Source of the DNA: a virus
Taxonomy: Duplodnaviria > Caudoviricetes
Virus record (IMG/VR): IMGVR_UViG_3300021399_000133
Location: 24,988-88,987 of that record
Strand: one strand, 5' to 3'
DNA: 64,000 nt
In this document: positions 28,828 to 38,479 of the stretch, in pieces
How the letters are laid out: each line of letters opens with the position of its first letter
How positions within the stretch are numbered: the first letter of the stretch is position 1
Translations under genes and position numbers: made by a program
Notes under the pieces: model-generated
Database searches by the model: none
What the model saw: only the letters and a program-made list of their open reading frames with translations
Told to the model about the DNA's origin: nothing

Positions 28828-30753
28828 ATGAATAAGATCAATGTAGATATACCAGAAGGAACTGGTTATCTAAGTAATTTAGTAAATTTTAAAGATTATT
28901 TGCCACAAGAAAAGGCAATTATCAACAAAGCTATCTGTGGTTGTGGATGTACTAATTACTTCCTACAACTGCAAGATACACCAGTCTTACTAATTAGCCC
29001 AAGAAAGGAATTGATTAATAGTAAGATGAAAAGTACTAGATTAAATGGACTATATTACTTTGATAGGACAAACTATAGAAGGGTAACAGTAGCGGAATCA
29101 ATAGAAAAACTGGAGGAATATCTTGGGACTACTACATTACCACCTAAAATTCTAATGACATATGATTCTGCAAAGATAGTAATTGATCATTTAATTCGGA
29201 CAGGGAGGATACAAAACTTTCTAATAGTAGTAGATGAGTTTACTTGTATTTTTTCTGACGTTAGGTTTAAAGGTTTTGTTGAGATTAATTTCTTAAAGTC
29301 TATTTTAGCACTAAATAATATTATTTACTTTATTAGCGCTACTCCAATCAAAGAAGTATTTTTGGATATGTTGGATGAGTTTAAAAATCTTCCATACGTA
29401 ACCCTAAATTGGCCGCAGAGTTCAATTGAGACTGTCTATTTTGATTGGAATACGATGAATAGTACTAGGGCTGCTGTTAAAGAAATAATAAATAACTTTA
29501 AGATAGAAGGATTTTTCCATTCCAAAGTTGTAAATGGAGAAGTAGTCAAATCAATAGAAGCAGTATTCTTTGTTAATTCAGTCATAGACATAGCAGCTAT
29601 AATAAATGATATGGATGGCTACTTAAATCCCTCTAATACCATGATTATTTGTGCTGAGGATACAAAAAATAAAAAGAGACTAAGAGAAGTTGGATTTAAG
29701 ATAGGACAGCCTTATAATGAGATAGATTATAAGACTATGAACAAAACCTTTACTTTCGTTACTAGAGCAAGTTTTGAAGGAACTGATTTCTACTCAGATA
29801 ATTCTTCAACCTATGTCTTTGCTGACTCTAATCGGGAAAATATGTGTCTAGATATTTCTATTGACTTACCACAGATTGTTGGTAGGTGTAGAACAATAGA
29901 AAATCCCTTCAGAAATGACATTACTTATTATTTTAAAACAACAACAGATAGGGGTAATGTTGATGATCTTACCGAGTTAGTAAAAAAGAAAAGACTAGAA
30001 ACTATCGAAAGAATTAAAGATTTTAATGAGCTCAAGGCCAACGGTAAAGAAGAGTTTCATAACTTTTTAATGAAGAGATTTATAAATGCTACAGAGAAAT
30101 ACGAGGATTGTTATGTTGATGGACTAGTTACTTATGATCCTGATGGCCAAATAACTAACATATCCGCTGAGTTTAATAAATTAGCTTATGTCGCTGACCT
30201 AAGATCTATAGAAATAAAAAAGAATCAATATAAGAATCGTTACTCTGTTCTAGCAAGTCTCGATGAAAACGGGTTCTTTAATGAAAATCAGAGGCAAGGA
30301 AGCTTATGTAGTGTTTTAGATAAGTTCAAGTCTTTACGAAAGTTTGAACGAAAAATAAAGATATATAGTTTAATAGCCGAAAAAGATAATAAGATCAGAG
30401 AAATGTTAGAAGGATGTTCTGCTATACCAATAAACTATAAAATCTATAGTAGAAATATGAACTTGCGGGAAATGAAAGCAGTTAGGTTTAGAGAGATTGA
30501 TATAAAGAGAAGAGTAGATTATCTCCAAAGTCAAGAGGCTATTAAAGAAGAGCTGTTAAAGGTTTTGGTACCAGGACAGTTTTATTCCTATGGTGAGATT
30601 AAATATTTATTAATGCAGGTTATTAATAAATTAGGTCTCTCAGGTAAACCAAGTGGAAGTGATATCCTTTTAATGCTTCCTCCTGATAAAATCAAGGAAA
30701 TTTCGAAGCGGAGAGGTAAAAATGTTTATAAAGGAATTATTTTGGCAGAATAA
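28828..30753 (+). CDS. SF2 (DExx) helicase-like protein, candidate origin-binding/initiator protein
   Basis: 641 aa; VVDEF (II), ISATP (III), TRASFEGTDF (V), QIVGRCR (VI); Walker A region reads AICGCGCTN, with no Lys. Confidence 0.75.
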   Translation: MNKINVDIPEGTGYLSNLVNFKDYLPQEKAIINKAICGCGCTNYFLQLQDTPVLLISPRKELINSKMKSTRLNGLYYFDRTNYRRVTVAESIEKLEEYLGTTTLPPKILMTYDSAKIVIDHLIRTGRIQNFLIVVDEFTCIFSDVRFKGFVEINFLKSILALNNIIYFISATPIKEVFLDMLDEFKNLPYVTLNWPQSSIETVYFDWNTMNSTRAAVKEIINNFKIEGFFHSKVVNGEVVKSIEAVFFVNSVIDIAAIINDMDGYLNPSNTMIICAEDTKNKKRLREVGFKIGQPYNEIDYKTMNKTFTFVTRASFEGTDFYSDNSSTYVFADSNRENMCLDISIDLPQIVGRCRTIENPFRNDITYYFKTTTDRGNVDDLTELVKKKRLETIERIKDFNELKANGKEEFHNFLMKRFINATEKYEDCYVDGLVTYDPDGQITNISAEFNKLAYVADLRSIEIKKNQYKNRYSVLASLDENGFFNENQRQGSLCSVLDKFKSLRKFERKIKIYSLIAEKDNKIREMLEGCSAIPINYKIYSRNMNLREMKAVRFREIDIKRRVDYLQSQEAIKEELLKVLVPGQFYSYGEIKYLLMQVINKLGLSGKPSGSDILLMLPPDKIKEISKRRGKNVYKGIILAE

Positions 30754-31240
30754 GTTAAATGTTTAATTTTTTTGGTTGTGTGGGGTTACACCCCAATTCG
30801 CTTCGCTCCCCTCTTCCAGATGTTTTTTAGATATATATGTTTAAAAAAGGATGACAAAAACATTATTCCTGCTTATAGTAACCCCTTTTTTGGGAAAACT
30901 ACATAAACATTTGGGTTAGTGCCTCATGACTAAAAAAATTAAACATTTAACTTATTAAGTGTTGTTAAAAAAGTGTCAAAACATTATTTTTCCCTTATAT
31001 TATTAATACAAGTGTTTTATGAAAACAACACTATAAATGTAGTCAAAAAATTGACAAAAACATTATTCCTGCTTATAGTAGACCTATTTTTAGAAAAAAT
31101 TTTACTACACCTAAATGTTAAACTATATAATAATTGTGGATTAGTTCCACATGATCTAATAAGTTCTACATTTAAATTTTGAGATAGTTCTATGTCCAGG
31201 CCAGGGTTGGATGTGGCCTTCTGGCTGGCCTGGATATTGC
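30749..31240. other. Putative replication origin: AT-rich region with inverted repeats, iteron-like direct repeats and hairpins
   Basis: 25-bp perfect IR (30749-30773 / 30932-30956); 29-bp perfect DR (30852-30880 / 31052-31080) plus a degenerate copy near 30975; GC hairpin 31195-31234; flanked by helicase-like and primase genes; skew flips here. Confidence 0.65.
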
Positions 31241-31279
31241 ATTCTATATTTATTAACAACTATAAAAGCTTATTAAACA

Positions 31280-32359
31280 ATGAAAGAGATTACTATTTTT
31301 AAAAACTTGTACACTTCAGATTCTGTTAATGTTGCTTTGACTGAAGCTTGTGAAATGATGAAAGTTTCAGATAATCCAGCAATTGATAGGCTAAGAGAAT
31401 GTACAGATCAGATGGAGAGATTAGAGTTAAAAAAGCGTTTACCTGTTATTATGTGGCAGGGAAAATTTAATGGATCTCGGAAAAATGAGAATCTCACTGA
31501 GTTTTCAGGTTTAATGTGTCTTGACTTTGATAACCTTGATGGAAAAGATTTAGAATCTCTTAAAGACAAGATTTTCGACAAAGGTCATGTACTCTGTGTT
31601 TTTCTCAGTCCTAGTGGAAAGGGATTAAAGGTTATTGAGTATTGTGGGCCTAAGTTAAATTCCAATAATTGGAGACTCTATTATCTATTTTTCAAGAATT
31701 ATTATGAAGATAATTTTGGTCTTCATCTAGATCCTTGTTCAGGAGTTTTAAGTCAAGGGTGTTTCTTGTCAAAAGATCTTAATATCCTATATCGAACCCT
31801 AAATAATGTAGAAGAGGCTTATGTTGATGAGTTAGATTATTATCGATTCATGAGTAGCGCGATCTTTGAAAAAGAATTGGTAGCTTTGCCAGATTTAGTT
31901 TACTCAGATAATGATTTAAAAGCTAAAGAGATCATAGACAAGTTAGACAATGACTGGTCGAAGAATGACTCTTTTTACATGCCTGGTAATAGGACTAGAT
32001 CAATTTTTACCCAAGCTGCCAAACTCAGAGCCGAGGGCATTAGTGAAACCTTAGCGTTAAATTATCTCAAGTCTAAATATTTGTCGAGTGATTATCCTGA
32101 GTCTAAGATCATCGAAGAAGTTCACTCAGGTTATACTAATTCTTCCAAACTATCTATACCAAAGAAAATGTTGGAAGATGTAAATGACATATATGATACA
32201 ATGTTTTTAGCTATGGACCTTTATCCTCATGGTGCTGTTTTTGGATCTATTCGTCAGTTTATAGAATTAGGTTTGTCGGATGAATCGATTAAACACATCA
32301 TGGAGACAGTAGTACTTCCAGATGATATTTGGAAGGAAGTAGGTCCTATAACGTTGTAG
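31280..32359 (+). CDS. BT4734/VirE-N-like primase-polymerase with PriCT-type C-terminal domain
   Basis: 359 aa; LKKRLPVIMWQGKF...FSGLMCLDFDNL...FLSPSGKGLKV and PGNRTRSIFTQAAKLRAEGI motifs. Confidence 0.8.
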   Translation: MKEITIFKNLYTSDSVNVALTEACEMMKVSDNPAIDRLRECTDQMERLELKKRLPVIMWQGKFNGSRKNENLTEFSGLMCLDFDNLDGKDLESLKDKIFDKGHVLCVFLSPSGKGLKVIEYCGPKLNSNNWRLYYLFFKNYYEDNFGLHLDPCSGVLSQGCFLSKDLNILYRTLNNVEEAYVDELDYYRFMSSAIFEKELVALPDLVYSDNDLKAKEIIDKLDNDWSKNDSFYMPGNRTRSIFTQAAKLRAEGISETLALNYLKSKYLSSDYPESKIIEEVHSGYTNSSKLSIPKKMLEDVNDIYDTMFLAMDLYPHGAVFGSIRQFIELGLSDESIKHIMETVVLPDDIWKEVGPITL

Positions 32360-32386
32360 AACAGATCAAGTTGGTCTGACTATTTG

Positions 32387-32420
32387 AAAGGAAAGTCTTT
32401 ATTAAGAGGCTCTCCTTTTT
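32387..32420 (+). terminator. Terminator-like hairpin after the primase gene
   Basis: AGGAAAGTCTTT / AGAGGCTCTCCT stem followed by a T-run. Confidence 0.55.
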
Positions 32421-32441
32421 ACTTTTGAGAGGAGAGAAATA

Positions 32442-32780
32442 ATGAAGTACTTATTATCGACGGGGAAGGCGACTGATAGGTTAGAGTATTATGTGATGGA
32501 TTTATTCCGCTTATACTTATCTATTCAGCCCAGGGATATACCGGGTTCCCCTCAAATTGGTTTTAACTTTACCTTATCTGGGACATTTAAATCGGATCTA
32601 GTTTCAGCCGTTGAGTCGAAGGTAAAGGAATTAGTTTCAGTCATATCGGGTCGTTTTAATTCAAATTCGATAGTGATTGAGATAGAGAGTTTAGAGATAG
32701 TTGATGAGACCTTAGCGAAGTTAGTAGTGTCAGTAAATAAGCTAACGTCGGATGAGATCTTGATTAACTTATATGAATGA
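32442..32780 (+). CDS. Baseplate wedge/sheath initiator (gp25-like)
   Basis: 112 aa; RDIPGSPQIGFNF motif; first gene of the wedge cluster. Confidence 0.7.
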   Translation: MKYLLSTGKATDRLEYYVMDLFRLYLSIQPRDIPGSPQIGFNFTLSGTFKSDLVSAVESKVKELVSVISGRFNSNSIVIEIESLEIVDETLAKLVVSVNKLTSDEILINLYE

Positions 32781-32786
32781 TTTTAT

Positions 32787-34937
32787 ATGAGAACGATACA
32801 AAATTACAGAGCTATATTTTCAGAGATAGGTTCTAATCTTCGTATCAGTGGTGATTCATTAGAGGTTCTTGTTCAACTTCTCGCTCAGGCCACATATATT
32901 TCGGAGGTAGAGCAGATTTCTTATGTACAGGAGGCGTCATTAGAGAAGGCATCTTTGATTAACTCTAAGATTCAGCACTGTATGGACCTGATGTATAGTG
33001 TATGGCGAGGTTCATGTCCGAGGTTGATATTGAACATTAAGCCGATGAGGGTATTTAATTTCAAGCCATACGATCCTATCATTTCCTCCAACAATTTCAA
33101 AGTATATTATCTTGGTTACTGGGATCCTAAGTCTATTACATCGGAAACTACGAGGACGGTTCACACTTACGCTTTTGTTGAGATTTCGGAGTTGCCATTG
33201 GGAGCTTCTTGGATTGATGTTACGCAGAGTGAGTGGGAGAAGATTATACCAAGTTCTACGACTGCCGGAAATTATTATCGAGTTTATTCAGGGAAGGAGT
33301 ATTGGAAAGGTTGTGTTCGGTATATTCCAGAGGCCGTTGAGTCTATTCCCTCCGATATCCCTGAATCTAAGATATACAAGACGATTACATGGCCGATAGA
33401 TTTAGAGGGCTTTTCTGATTCGGACCGGCCAGAATATATTGTTTACATTAAGTATCGTTATTACATTGCTCAGCAGGATGATAATGGTCAGTTTTATTTT
33501 CAGGAGTATTCACAGTGGCCGGAGAGTGTAGTAACTAAGAATTTCGTCCAGACATTACCAACATCACAGGAGGAGATTGCAGCGGCTTGGACTTCTAATA
33601 ATTCGATTGGTTATGCTACGACTGATTCTCGGTTATATTATCAGGTAGTAGTGGAGCCTTATTGGGAGGAGATAGAGAAGTCAGAGAGTTATGATTATCA
33701 GTACGAAAATTCATTACCCGACCCCTCTATTGAATTAAAAGATAGTATAGCTGAGGTAATATTAGTGGTGGGGAAGAAGTGCGTGAAGGATACGACCACT
33801 GAGATTCCCGAGTTGACTGATACTTCTTTATTGGGTGGTTTTGTATTTGGTGAGACCTCGTTACTTCCCTCTGATACTCCTACTCCTATTTTAGGTTTGA
33901 TTGCTAAGGAGACGTATGAGATGGAGAAGACTTTAACATCGTCTAATCCATATTATGTAGAGACTATGGAGGAGGATTTAAGTAATGATGTCTTGGTGGA
34001 ATATGCTGGTGAAGTTAAGCCTGTCACAAGAAACTTTTCAGATCACATCTTAGACGGTGATGTATTTGACCTAACATTACCTTCATTTGGTTCCAGGTTA
34101 TTTGTCAATCCAGGTGAGAATGAGATATCGACGATTAATGAAACTCTCTCGGCTAAATACTTCAAATATTCGGAGTTAGATTCGTATAATACATCGGAGC
34201 TAGCTAAACTCTATGTGAAGGGTGCTGAGTTGGTTTCGTTTGATTCTTGTTATACTTCGACTGATCCGACTTGGGATGTATTTAAGGGTCAGGAAGAGTT
34301 TGGTCCCGGTATTATTGGCATTAAGGAAGGCAGTCGTGATTCATTAGTTAGCATTCATTACAAGGCGAACAGGGATAGATATGATAATTCAATTCTTCGT
34401 TCTAATGCTGATGTTACTTCGATATTAGAGGAGGACTATGCAGATTATATTGTTTCCTCTGGCACATCATATAAATTTACCTACAATGCTTCTTCAGGTA
34501 CGACAGGATTATTTATATGGTATGTGCCGAAGAATAGGAATAACTTACTGCCAGAGTCTAAGATCGAGCAATACAGAGACAAGCGTTCCTCTTATTATAT
34601 AACCACAGACATAACGATAGAGCCTGGTGAGATGATGAATGTAATATATAACTTAGAGATCGAGTTATATACAACGAGTGATACTGAGGACTTGACTGTA
34701 GCGTTAGAGAAGATATTTGATCAGTACGAGAATAAGTTTAATGTTGACTTGATCGCCTCACAGGAAACCATTAAGAGTTCAATTTCCAAGATTTCGAATG
34801 TTAGTCAAATTAAGGGGATAGAGATTTTATGGTTGGATGAAAATGGAGAGCCTGCAGATCAACCGAAGGACCTGACTTATACTTATTTCGAGATATCATT
34901 TAATCTCAATACAACTGTTAAATCTATTATTATATGA
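32787..34937 (+). CDS. Baseplate wedge protein (gp6/baseplate J-like) with an inserted domain
   Basis: 716 aa; LEVLVQLLAQATY...EASLEKASLINS N-terminus; SISKISNVSQIKGI C-terminus; follows gp25-like. Confidence 0.7.
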   Translation: MRTIQNYRAIFSEIGSNLRISGDSLEVLVQLLAQATYISEVEQISYVQEASLEKASLINSKIQHCMDLMYSVWRGSCPRLILNIKPMRVFNFKPYDPIISSNNFKVYYLGYWDPKSITSETTRTVHTYAFVEISELPLGASWIDVTQSEWEKIIPSSTTAGNYYRVYSGKEYWKGCVRYIPEAVESIPSDIPESKIYKTITWPIDLEGFSDSDRPEYIVYIKYRYYIAQQDDNGQFYFQEYSQWPESVVTKNFVQTLPTSQEEIAAAWTSNNSIGYATTDSRLYYQVVVEPYWEEIEKSESYDYQYENSLPDPSIELKDSIAEVILVVGKKCVKDTTTEIPELTDTSLLGGFVFGETSLLPSDTPTPILGLIAKETYEMEKTLTSSNPYYVETMEEDLSNDVLVEYAGEVKPVTRNFSDHILDGDVFDLTLPSFGSRLFVNPGENEISTINETLSAKYFKYSELDSYNTSELAKLYVKGAELVSFDSCYTSTDPTWDVFKGQEEFGPGIIGIKEGSRDSLVSIHYKANRDRYDNSILRSNADVTSILEEDYADYIVSSGTSYKFTYNASSGTTGLFIWYVPKNRNNLLPESKIEQYRDKRSSYYITTDITIEPGEMMNVIYNLEIELYTTSDTEDLTVALEKIFDQYENKFNVDLIASQETIKSSISKISNVSQIKGIEILWLDENGEPADQPKDLTYTYFEISFNLNTTVKSIII

Positions 34938-35479
34938 AACTATACGTACCAGAGAATCTCAAGAAGCTAGAGTTATACGATCAGCTATGTCGTATGATAA
35001 AGGCGTATGGAGATGGTGGTTATTATACAGATCCGACGGAGAGTATTGATGATTATTCTGGATTTTATTTAAGGGTAGATCCGGTAAAGCGTTTTGTGGA
35101 GATGACTTTAGGGCGGGAGAACTTGAGTGATAATGTTGATTGGTCGGGTATAGTTTCTTATGTCACCTCTTTATTCTACAGTGTTAAAGGAACTCCACAT
35201 GTATTCTCGCTTATGAAAAAATACTTGGACATAGATATAGGGTCTGTAGAGTATGATGGTATTATATTGAAATTCTTCATTAACTCAGTCACAACATCAG
35301 ACGAGGGGCATTATTTAAATTGCTTACGTTCTTTTCTTGGGTCCTTATTGTTTTTTAATCCAGACCGTTCTAAGATTGAGATAGGGACAGTGAAATTGAA
35401 GATTATCGATTCCATCAATAGCTCTCTGATGTCCGGTGTTAAAAACTATTTAGAATATATTATTAAAGATGAAAGTTGA
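34934..35479 (+). CDS. Baseplate wedge protein (gp7/gpI-like)
   Basis: 181 aa; LFYSVKGTPHVFSLMKKYL motif; follows the J-like gene. Confidence 0.6.
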   Translation: MKLYVPENLKKLELYDQLCRMIKAYGDGGYYTDPTESIDDYSGFYLRVDPVKRFVEMTLGRENLSDNVDWSGIVSYVTSLFYSVKGTPHVFSLMKKYLDIDIGSVEYDGIILKFFINSVTTSDEGHYLNCLRSFLGSLLFFNPDRSKIEIGTVKLKIIDSINSSLMSGVKNYLEYIIKDES

Positions 35480-37352
35480 ATTAAGAAAGTCAGATAAAAT
35501 TCAGGCCATTCGAGAGGTTAAAATTTCTGGGTCTGAATTATCTCCCATTGTAAAATATAATTCTACTTCATCTACTTTTGCTGGGATATCTGATTTTTCT
35601 GAGTATGACTTCTTATATCGAATCGCCAAGGACAAATTTAATGATACTCCACTTTTATCTTATATTTCCACCGACATACAGGAAAAATTTGATAAAGGAT
35701 TGGAGTCATTAAAGGCCTTGGAGTATTCACTGTTTCCAACTTTCTCTCAATCGGATACTTCAACGTCGGGGGATAATTATTTTGGAATAGTTACAATTTC
35801 GGAGGTTTCAGTTATTCTATTAGATATTCCAGAGGGTTATGATAAGATAGAATTTTATGATCTTACATCTTCAGTAGTTATTGAGGCTAATTTAGATGGT
35901 GATGGTGAGAAGGAATGTCGTAATGTAGTTTGGTTCCTTATTAAGCCAGAAGAAGTAGCGACCCAAGCAATTAATGTATCCTACTCGGCCTATAACTCTT
36001 CTATTAATCCCTGTCGTAATAAGAAGGACCTGTGTTTGAGGAATGATGAGTTATATTCGAGTCCCTCATTAACCTCTCCCTTCAAAGACTTACAGAATGG
36101 TAATATACTAGGTCAGGTTAAGGTTTCTGATTCTATTATTGCTAGGTCTAAACTGGGGATGATTGATGGGTCCTGGCAGAAGAAGAGATATTATCGGGAG
36201 GGTGAAGTAGTGTCTGACAAGTGGTTATCTTTACAGGACGGCTCAGGGAATGTTCCATCAATATCACCTGCCTGGATTGATAAAGAGGTTTTGTCAGGAA
36301 AGGTTTATAAGGCGATTGAGTTTAGGGTTAATGCAGCTCGATATAATACGAAAGGTGAGTTTGTAGGTTACTCGAATTCCACCATTATCTCTCCAGGTAA
36401 TTTTCTGTGTGTCTATAATAATCCAGGTAATAAGATTAAATTTACTGTTGATGTAGAGTCAGGTTATAGTCTTTACTCGCCAACAGGATCAATACCAATA
36501 GCCGGAGAGGATTATAGTCTTGTATTGTCGGAAGATAAGAACACATTTATTTTTGAGATATATTATAATGAAGACTCCGACAGTACCTGGCAGAAAATTT
36601 TGAAAGATCGAGTGTTTGATGTTAGGGTTGATAAGTCTTTGACATATATTCTAATTCAAACCTCTTCCGTTCCTGGTCCTTTCAATTCTTATTCTTTTAC
36701 AACAGAACCAAAGAACACCAGATATTATTTGAATTTAGGAGGAACGATATTTAAGGAAGATGAAATATGGTTAGAGAAGGAAGATAGTGAGGATTCTGGG
36801 TTCTCTGTTCCGACTTCGTCATTTACTCTCCTAACTGTTCATTATAATCCTGCCAACTCTTTAATTCCAGGTCTTTTAACTCCTCAAAACGAAGAATCAC
36901 CCGAGATAGATTCGAACTATGTGCCTAAGAGTAAATTTAATAATACTATGGCCAGTTATTCGTTATCTCTATCTCCTCGTCCAGTAAAAATGTCCTTCCG
37001 ATCTAATAATTTCTTAGGGGTTTTATTGAGTTATTCAGAGCAGGAGGTAGCACCAGATTTCGGAGTTTTATCTGATCTCGCTTACAAATCTTATAACATG
37101 GATTCTAAGTTTGTTTTTCTTCAGGGTCATTCTTGGAGTTCAGACGATACAGATTTAGCGTTTAAAATTACTGCTAAGCTAGGACCGGGGGAGGCTATAG
37201 TTAGAGAGGTAACTGTTGGAAACTTAGCTGCAGAAGTTGAAATTTTTGCTGGGAAGAGTTGGGTTAAATTGGATAAGCTTGAGAATGAAGAGATGTGTTT
37301 AACTTTCACCAATCTCTTTTACGATGTTGATATAGAATTAAATGTAGCATGA
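35469..37352 (+). CDS. Baseplate/tail-fibre attachment protein with a small carbohydrate-binding-like motif
   Basis: 627 aa; WQKKRYYREGEVV...SLQDGSGNVPSISPAW resembles CBM5/12-like aromatic modules. Inference. Confidence 0.45.
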   Translation: MKVELRKSDKIQAIREVKISGSELSPIVKYNSTSSTFAGISDFSEYDFLYRIAKDKFNDTPLLSYISTDIQEKFDKGLESLKALEYSLFPTFSQSDTSTSGDNYFGIVTISEVSVILLDIPEGYDKIEFYDLTSSVVIEANLDGDGEKECRNVVWFLIKPEEVATQAINVSYSAYNSSINPCRNKKDLCLRNDELYSSPSLTSPFKDLQNGNILGQVKVSDSIIARSKLGMIDGSWQKKRYYREGEVVSDKWLSLQDGSGNVPSISPAWIDKEVLSGKVYKAIEFRVNAARYNTKGEFVGYSNSTIISPGNFLCVYNNPGNKIKFTVDVESGYSLYSPTGSIPIAGEDYSLVLSEDKNTFIFEIYYNEDSDSTWQKILKDRVFDVRVDKSLTYILIQTSSVPGPFNSYSFTTEPKNTRYYLNLGGTIFKEDEIWLEKEDSEDSGFSVPTSSFTLLTVHYNPANSLIPGLLTPQNEESPEIDSNYVPKSKFNNTMASYSLSLSPRPVKMSFRSNNFLGVLLSYSEQEVAPDFGVLSDLAYKSYNMDSKFVFLQGHSWSSDDTDLAFKITAKLGPGEAIVREVTVGNLAAEVEIFAGKSWVKLDKLENEEMCLTFTNLFYDVDIELNVA

Positions 37353-38479
37353 ATATAAACGGAAAATCCATTCGAGGTATGTTTCTATATCAGGACACCT
37401 TAGAATTTGAAAAAGGAGATTTTGTAGTTGCCGGGGATTTGATTTATATATGTACTCCAAAATCAGGGGAAGGGTACATAAAGGGTGAAGATCCGGCCAA
37501 CTCCACGAACTACACTCCTTATCCTGGTGAGCTTGGTTCAGTTCAGGATTATCAGGCCTTTCTTGATTTAAAAGATAGTGGTTATAGTGCTCCTGATAAG
37601 TATGTGTCTTCGACTGCTCTATATAAAATCCTTCAGTCTCAGTTTTTTGGGTTGAATGCTCAGGGGATTATTACTAAGATCTTTACTACAAATGATGAAT
37701 TAGCGTCGTTAATGTTGAGTAAAGAATCTAATAATGGTATGGTTTTAGTAGACAGGTCGGTAGTACAGTCGATGTTGCCAGAAATATATAATGAGTTCTC
37801 GGATAATTGTTGGTGTATTGTTCGGCAGAGTACATATTCTTATAATGTTTCTTCTACTATTACAAGGACCATTAGAGTTCAGGAGTTAATTGATCCGACA
37901 ACAGGGGCTTATTTTACTAGGTTCTTAAATTATGGGGTTGATTTTACTCCGTCTGCCTGGGAAAGTGGTATTGAATGTGATGCTTCTTTAATGGACAAGT
38001 TTAGAAGAATTAAGAACTACTATATTGCTTTGGCGGAGGATACTAGGCGTGCAACTGAGAATCTGGTTTCATCTTATTGTATTCAGTCTATCTTCGATTT
38101 AGCCATTTCTGAACCAGATTATGTTAAGATCACCAACCCTAGAACTATTCAGATAACACTAGTATCAGGGTCAAAATTCAAGGAGTTAATTGCACCGTCA
38201 GGAAGATTGCCAATAACTTTAACTATGTCTTCTACTCCTACTAATGATGGTTCTGATGTTCTAGCAACTGAGACTATGACTATTGATGTTCTACAGTTTA
38301 AGCCAGAGGATGGTGCGGATAGTCGTACAGTGAGTTATAGAAGCGGATCAAAGGGGTGGTTAGTTAGTGTTTTATTCGAGTTTTCTGGTACTGATAACAT
38401 AATAACGATAACTTTAGGTGAACAGAATGCCTCGATAGTTGATGCATATGTAAAGACTAAATATCTTACTGAATCATGA
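37349..38479 (+). CDS. Hypothetical tail-associated protein
   Basis: 376 aa; N-terminal FEKGDFVV...IYIC...DPANSTNY module; coupled overlaps. Confidence 0.6.
   Translation: MNINGKSIRGMFLYQDTLEFEKGDFVVAGDLIYICTPKSGEGYIKGEDPANSTNYTPYPGELGSVQDYQAFLDLKDSGYSAPDKYVSSTALYKILQSQFFGLNAQGIITKIFTTNDELASLMLSKESNNGMVLVDRSVVQSMLPEIYNEFSDNCWCIVRQSTYSYNVSSTITRTIRVQELIDPTTGAYFTRFLNYGVDFTPSAWESGIECDASLMDKFRRIKNYYIALAEDTRRATENLVSSYCIQSIFDLAISEPDYVKITNPRTIQITLVSGSKFKELIAPSGRLPITLTMSSTPTNDGSDVLATETMTIDVLQFKPEDGADSRTVSYRSGSKGWLVSVLFEFSGTDNIITITLGEQNASIVDAYVKTKYLTES

Noticed and set aside
30852-31080. 29-bp direct repeats as a CRISPR array
   Set aside because: Only two exact copies, 171 bp apart, with no regular spacers and no cas genes; better explained as iteron-like sites.
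30973-31259. ORFs 30973..31182 (+) and 31017..31259 (-)
   Set aside because: They overlap the AT-rich repeat/origin region, have low-complexity translations and weak starts.
5605-35479. Extracellular contractile injection system or T6SS rather than phage
   Set aside because: Neck-like genes, primase and helicase-like genes, a holin candidate and giant fibres fit a phage, and no eCIS AAA+ ATPase or T6SS membrane complex is seen. Capsid genes are not in the window, so this is not fully excluded.
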